Under the pieces are notes generated by a model. That model worked only from the letters and a program-made list of their open reading frames with translations. It did no database searches and was not told the origin of the DNA. Position numbers and translations under genes: made by a program. A stretch of DNA of 64,000 nt from Lophium mytilinum (Eukaryota), in contig MU004189.1 in the NCBI GenBank assembly GCA_010093605.1, positions 1,185,834 through 1,249,833 on the forward strand. Reading direction: 5' to 3'. Every line of letters starts with the position of its first letter. Position 1 is the first letter of the stretch. Shown piece by piece: positions 60,850 through 64,000 of this stretch.

Positions 60850-63800
60850 ATGGGTTCAGCCTCAGTGACGGAGCGGGGAATCCGCATAGCCATCGATGTA
60901 AGTACCTAAATGTTGTTTAGTTATGACTTCGCTAACAGTATATAGAGAGGTGGAACCTTTACCGATTGTGTAGGAAATCCCGGTACTGGGAATATGGAAG
61001 ATGATATTGTCATCAAACTTCTCTCAGTGGACCCCTCCAACTACGATGACGCTCCCCTCGAGGGCATCCGACGCCTCCTCTCCAAGTTCTTGGGCAAAGA
61101 CATACCCCGTGGCGAGCCCTTGGACACTTCCAAGATCGAGAGCATACGAATGGGAACAACTGTGGCTACCAATGCGTTGCTGGAGCGGAAGGGCGAGGAT
61201 ATCGCGTTGGTAGTCACAAAGGGCTTCAAGGACTGCTTAGCCATTGGCAACCAGTCCCGGCCAAACATCTTCGCGTTAAATATCCAGAAGCCAGAAGTGC
61301 TGTACAAGAAAGTCGTGGAAATCGACGAGCGAGTTACATTGGAGGACTACGCGGAAGATCCAGTAAGGCACGAGACGAAGGCAGAGCCAATTGAGAAGGC
61401 TGGACAAGACGCCGAGCTTGTGCGAGGAATGTCCGGCGAAGCTGTACGGATATTACAAAGGCCACAAGAGGAGACGATCCGCAAACAATTGCAGGAGGTC
61501 TACGATTCCGGCTTGAAGAGCATCGCGGTATGTTTAATGCATGGGTACACGTTCCCGAACCATGAAGCTCTCATAGGAAAGGTTGCGAAGGAAATTGGCT
61601 TCGAGCATGTTAGCTTATCACACGAATTAATGCCGATGATCAAGCTAGTCCCTCGGACTACCTCTGCGTGTGCAGACGCCTACCTTACTCCCGCGATCAA
61701 GAAATACATCTCGGGATTTGAAGCCGGATTCGAAGGCGGACTAGGTTCGGAGAGCGTGAAGCGTGAGAAAGGCTCGAAAGGCGCCAGGTGTGAATTTATG
61801 CAATCGGATGGCGGTTTGGTCGATGTTAAGATCTTCTCCGGTCTACGGGCGATCCTCTCGGGGCCTGCTGGTGGTGTCGTCGGATACGCTCTTACCTCGT
61901 ACGACCCAGAGACCAAGATTCCCGTCATCGGGTTTGACATGGGAGGCACTAGCACAGACGTCAGTAGGTATGGCTCCGGCAGGTATGATCACGTGTTCGA
62001 GACTACCACTGCTGGTGTGACCATCCAGTCCCCGCAGCTCGATATCAATACAGTAGCAGCTGGAGGAGGGTCGAGACTATTCTGGAAGAACGGACTATTT
62101 GTTGTTGGCCCGGAGTCAGCTAGTGCACATCCTGGACCAGCTTGCTACCGGAAAGGTGGCCCTCTAACAATTACCGATGCTAACCTCTTCCTCGGGCGTT
62201 TACTCCCAGATTTCTTTCCCAAGATCTTCGGGAAAAAGGAGAACGAAGGGCTAGATGCTGAGGCAAGCGAGAAGCTTTTCCAAGTGCTCGCCGCCGATAT
62301 CAATAAAGAGGTCTCCGGAGGAAATAAAGACAAAGAAATGTCTCTCGATGAAGTCGCTTATGGGTTCATCAAAATCGCCAACGAAACCATGACTCGCCCC
62401 ATTCGATCGTTGACGGAAGCCAGAGGCCACGATACCTCAAAGCATAGACTCGCGACATTTGGAGGCGCCGGAGGTCAGCATGCGGTCGCAATTGCCGAAG
62501 CTCTCGGCATATCTCAGATACTCATCCATAGGTACTCTTCCGTTCTTTCAGCATATGGAATGGCCTTAGCAGATGTCGTGGACGAACGTCAAGAACCGGA
62601 ATCGAAGGTGTGGTCGGATGAGAAAGAAGTTCGGGAGTATCTCCAGAAGAAGATGGCAGATCTCAAGGCAAAGTCCACAGCCACGTTGAACGACCAAGGC
62701 TTTGAGGGTGACAACATTCAATTCGAGGAATACCTCAATGTACGATACCGAGGAACTGAATCGGCTTTAATGATTATCAAACCCACGAAAGAGGAGGCAG
62801 AGAAAGAATATGATGGCGATGAGTGGGCATTCGGGAAGGCTTTCGTCAAACAACACGAACAAGAGTTTGGCTTCACGCTACCCGACCGAGACATTATCGT
62901 TGATGATGTCCGAGCTCGCGGCATCGGAAAGACCTTCGAGGGTCTCGAGAAAACCGTCGACCAACAGCTCAGAGAAATCAAGCCGAAGGACCTGCCCAAA
63001 GGTGAGAAGCAATACTCTACCAGTCAGGTGTACTTTGAAGGCGGTCGCCAAGAAACGCCTATATACAAGCTCGAGGATATCGCGGTCGGCGACCGGATCA
63101 AGGGTCCTGCGATAATTGCCGATGGCACTCAGACGATCGTCGTGACGCCTGGCGCATCCGCACTACTGATCAATACACATGTCGTAATCAACATTGGTGA
63201 AAGCGATGAACAGGACAAGAAAGTGGACACGAAAGAGGTGGATCCTATTATGCTAAGTATCTTCGCTCATCGGTTCATGGCGATTGCGGAACAGATGGGA
63301 CGCGCATTGCAGAAGACTAGCGTGAGTACCAACGTCAAGGAACGTCTAGATTACTCTTGCGCTCTCTTCGACGCTGAGGGTGGTCTCGTTGCCAATGGTA
63401 CGTATGGAACCCATGATCCTGTCTCATTGCTAACCTCAAAAAGCTCCACATTTGCCCGTCCATCTCGGCAGCATGTCGACATGCGTAAGGAAGCAAGCCG
63501 AGATCTGGAAGGGAAAACTCAAGCGCGGAGATGTGATCGTATCCAACCATCCCATGTTCGGAGGCACTCACCTGCCGGATATCACGGTCGTCACCCCAGC
63601 CTTCTCTGGTGACAAGATCATATTCTATGTCGCATCACGTGCCCATCACGCTGACATTGGTGGTATCCTGCCCGGCTCCATGCCACCGCATTCGCGCGAA
63701 CTCTTCCAAGAAGGCGCAGCAATCAAGTCTGAAAAGCTCGTCTCCGAGGGTCATTTCAACGAGGAACGAATAACAGAGCTCCTTCACACGGAACCGGCGC

Positions 63801-64000
63801 AGTATCCCGGCTGCAGTGGGACGAGGTGTTTAGCAGATAACATCAACGATCTCAAAGCTCAGATCGCAGCCAACCAAAAGGGCATCAATCTCATCAGCAC
63901 CCTCATAGAAGACTACGGAGAAGACGTCGTGCAATTCTACATGACAAATATCCAAGACAACGCCGAACTTAGCGTACGAAACCTACTGAAAGAAGTCAGC
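60850..64000 (+). CDS. OXP1: 5-oxoprolinase (ATP-hydrolysing; hydantoinase/oxoprolinase family), truncated by the window end
   Basis: IRIAID/RGGTFTD across intron 60898-60945. MGTTVATNALLERKG, SGPAGG, DMGGTSTD, TVAAGGGS, SVSTNVKERLDYSCALF. Second intron 63398-63443 gives NAPHLPVHLG. Confidence 0.97.

Noticed and set aside
63398..63612. Apparent premature end of the oxoprolinase ORF at 63612
   Set aside because: Read-through of a canonical intron (63398-63443). The spliced frame continues to the window end.

Overview
Filamentous ascomycete (fungal) genomic DNA: short GT-AG introns with CTAAC-type branch sites, and a central block showing repeat-induced point mutation (RIP). The block (7072-50611, about 43.5 kb including a 10-N gap) is extremely AT-rich, TpA-rich and CpA/TpG-poor. 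It behaves as one giant mobile element with exact ends: TTAA|GGTTTTC ... GAAAACC|TTAA. Removing it plus one TTAA fuses ORF fragments 6930-7071 and 50616-51823 in frame into a 449-aa gene. Hand translation, allowing RIP C>T/G>A reversions, shows a tyrosine recombinase with Starship-captain (DUF3435)-like motifs as the first gene at the right end on the minus strand. The cargo includes two paralogous coiled-coil + C-terminal kinesin-motor genes, a SNF2-family helicase, a probable Zn2Cys6 protein, several unidentified dead ORFs and small inverted-repeat elements. The interrupted gene belongs to a four-member tandem family: one intact, one split and two pseudogenes. The three readable cores carry an Rx4H motif in a DUF86/HepT (HEPN RNase)-like context. 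The right flank is ordinary: a CFEM protein, a DUF1399 glycine-rich protein and 5-oxoprolinase (truncated by the window end). Gene limits inside the RIP block are approximate, and all de-RIP readings are manual inferences, not database hits.
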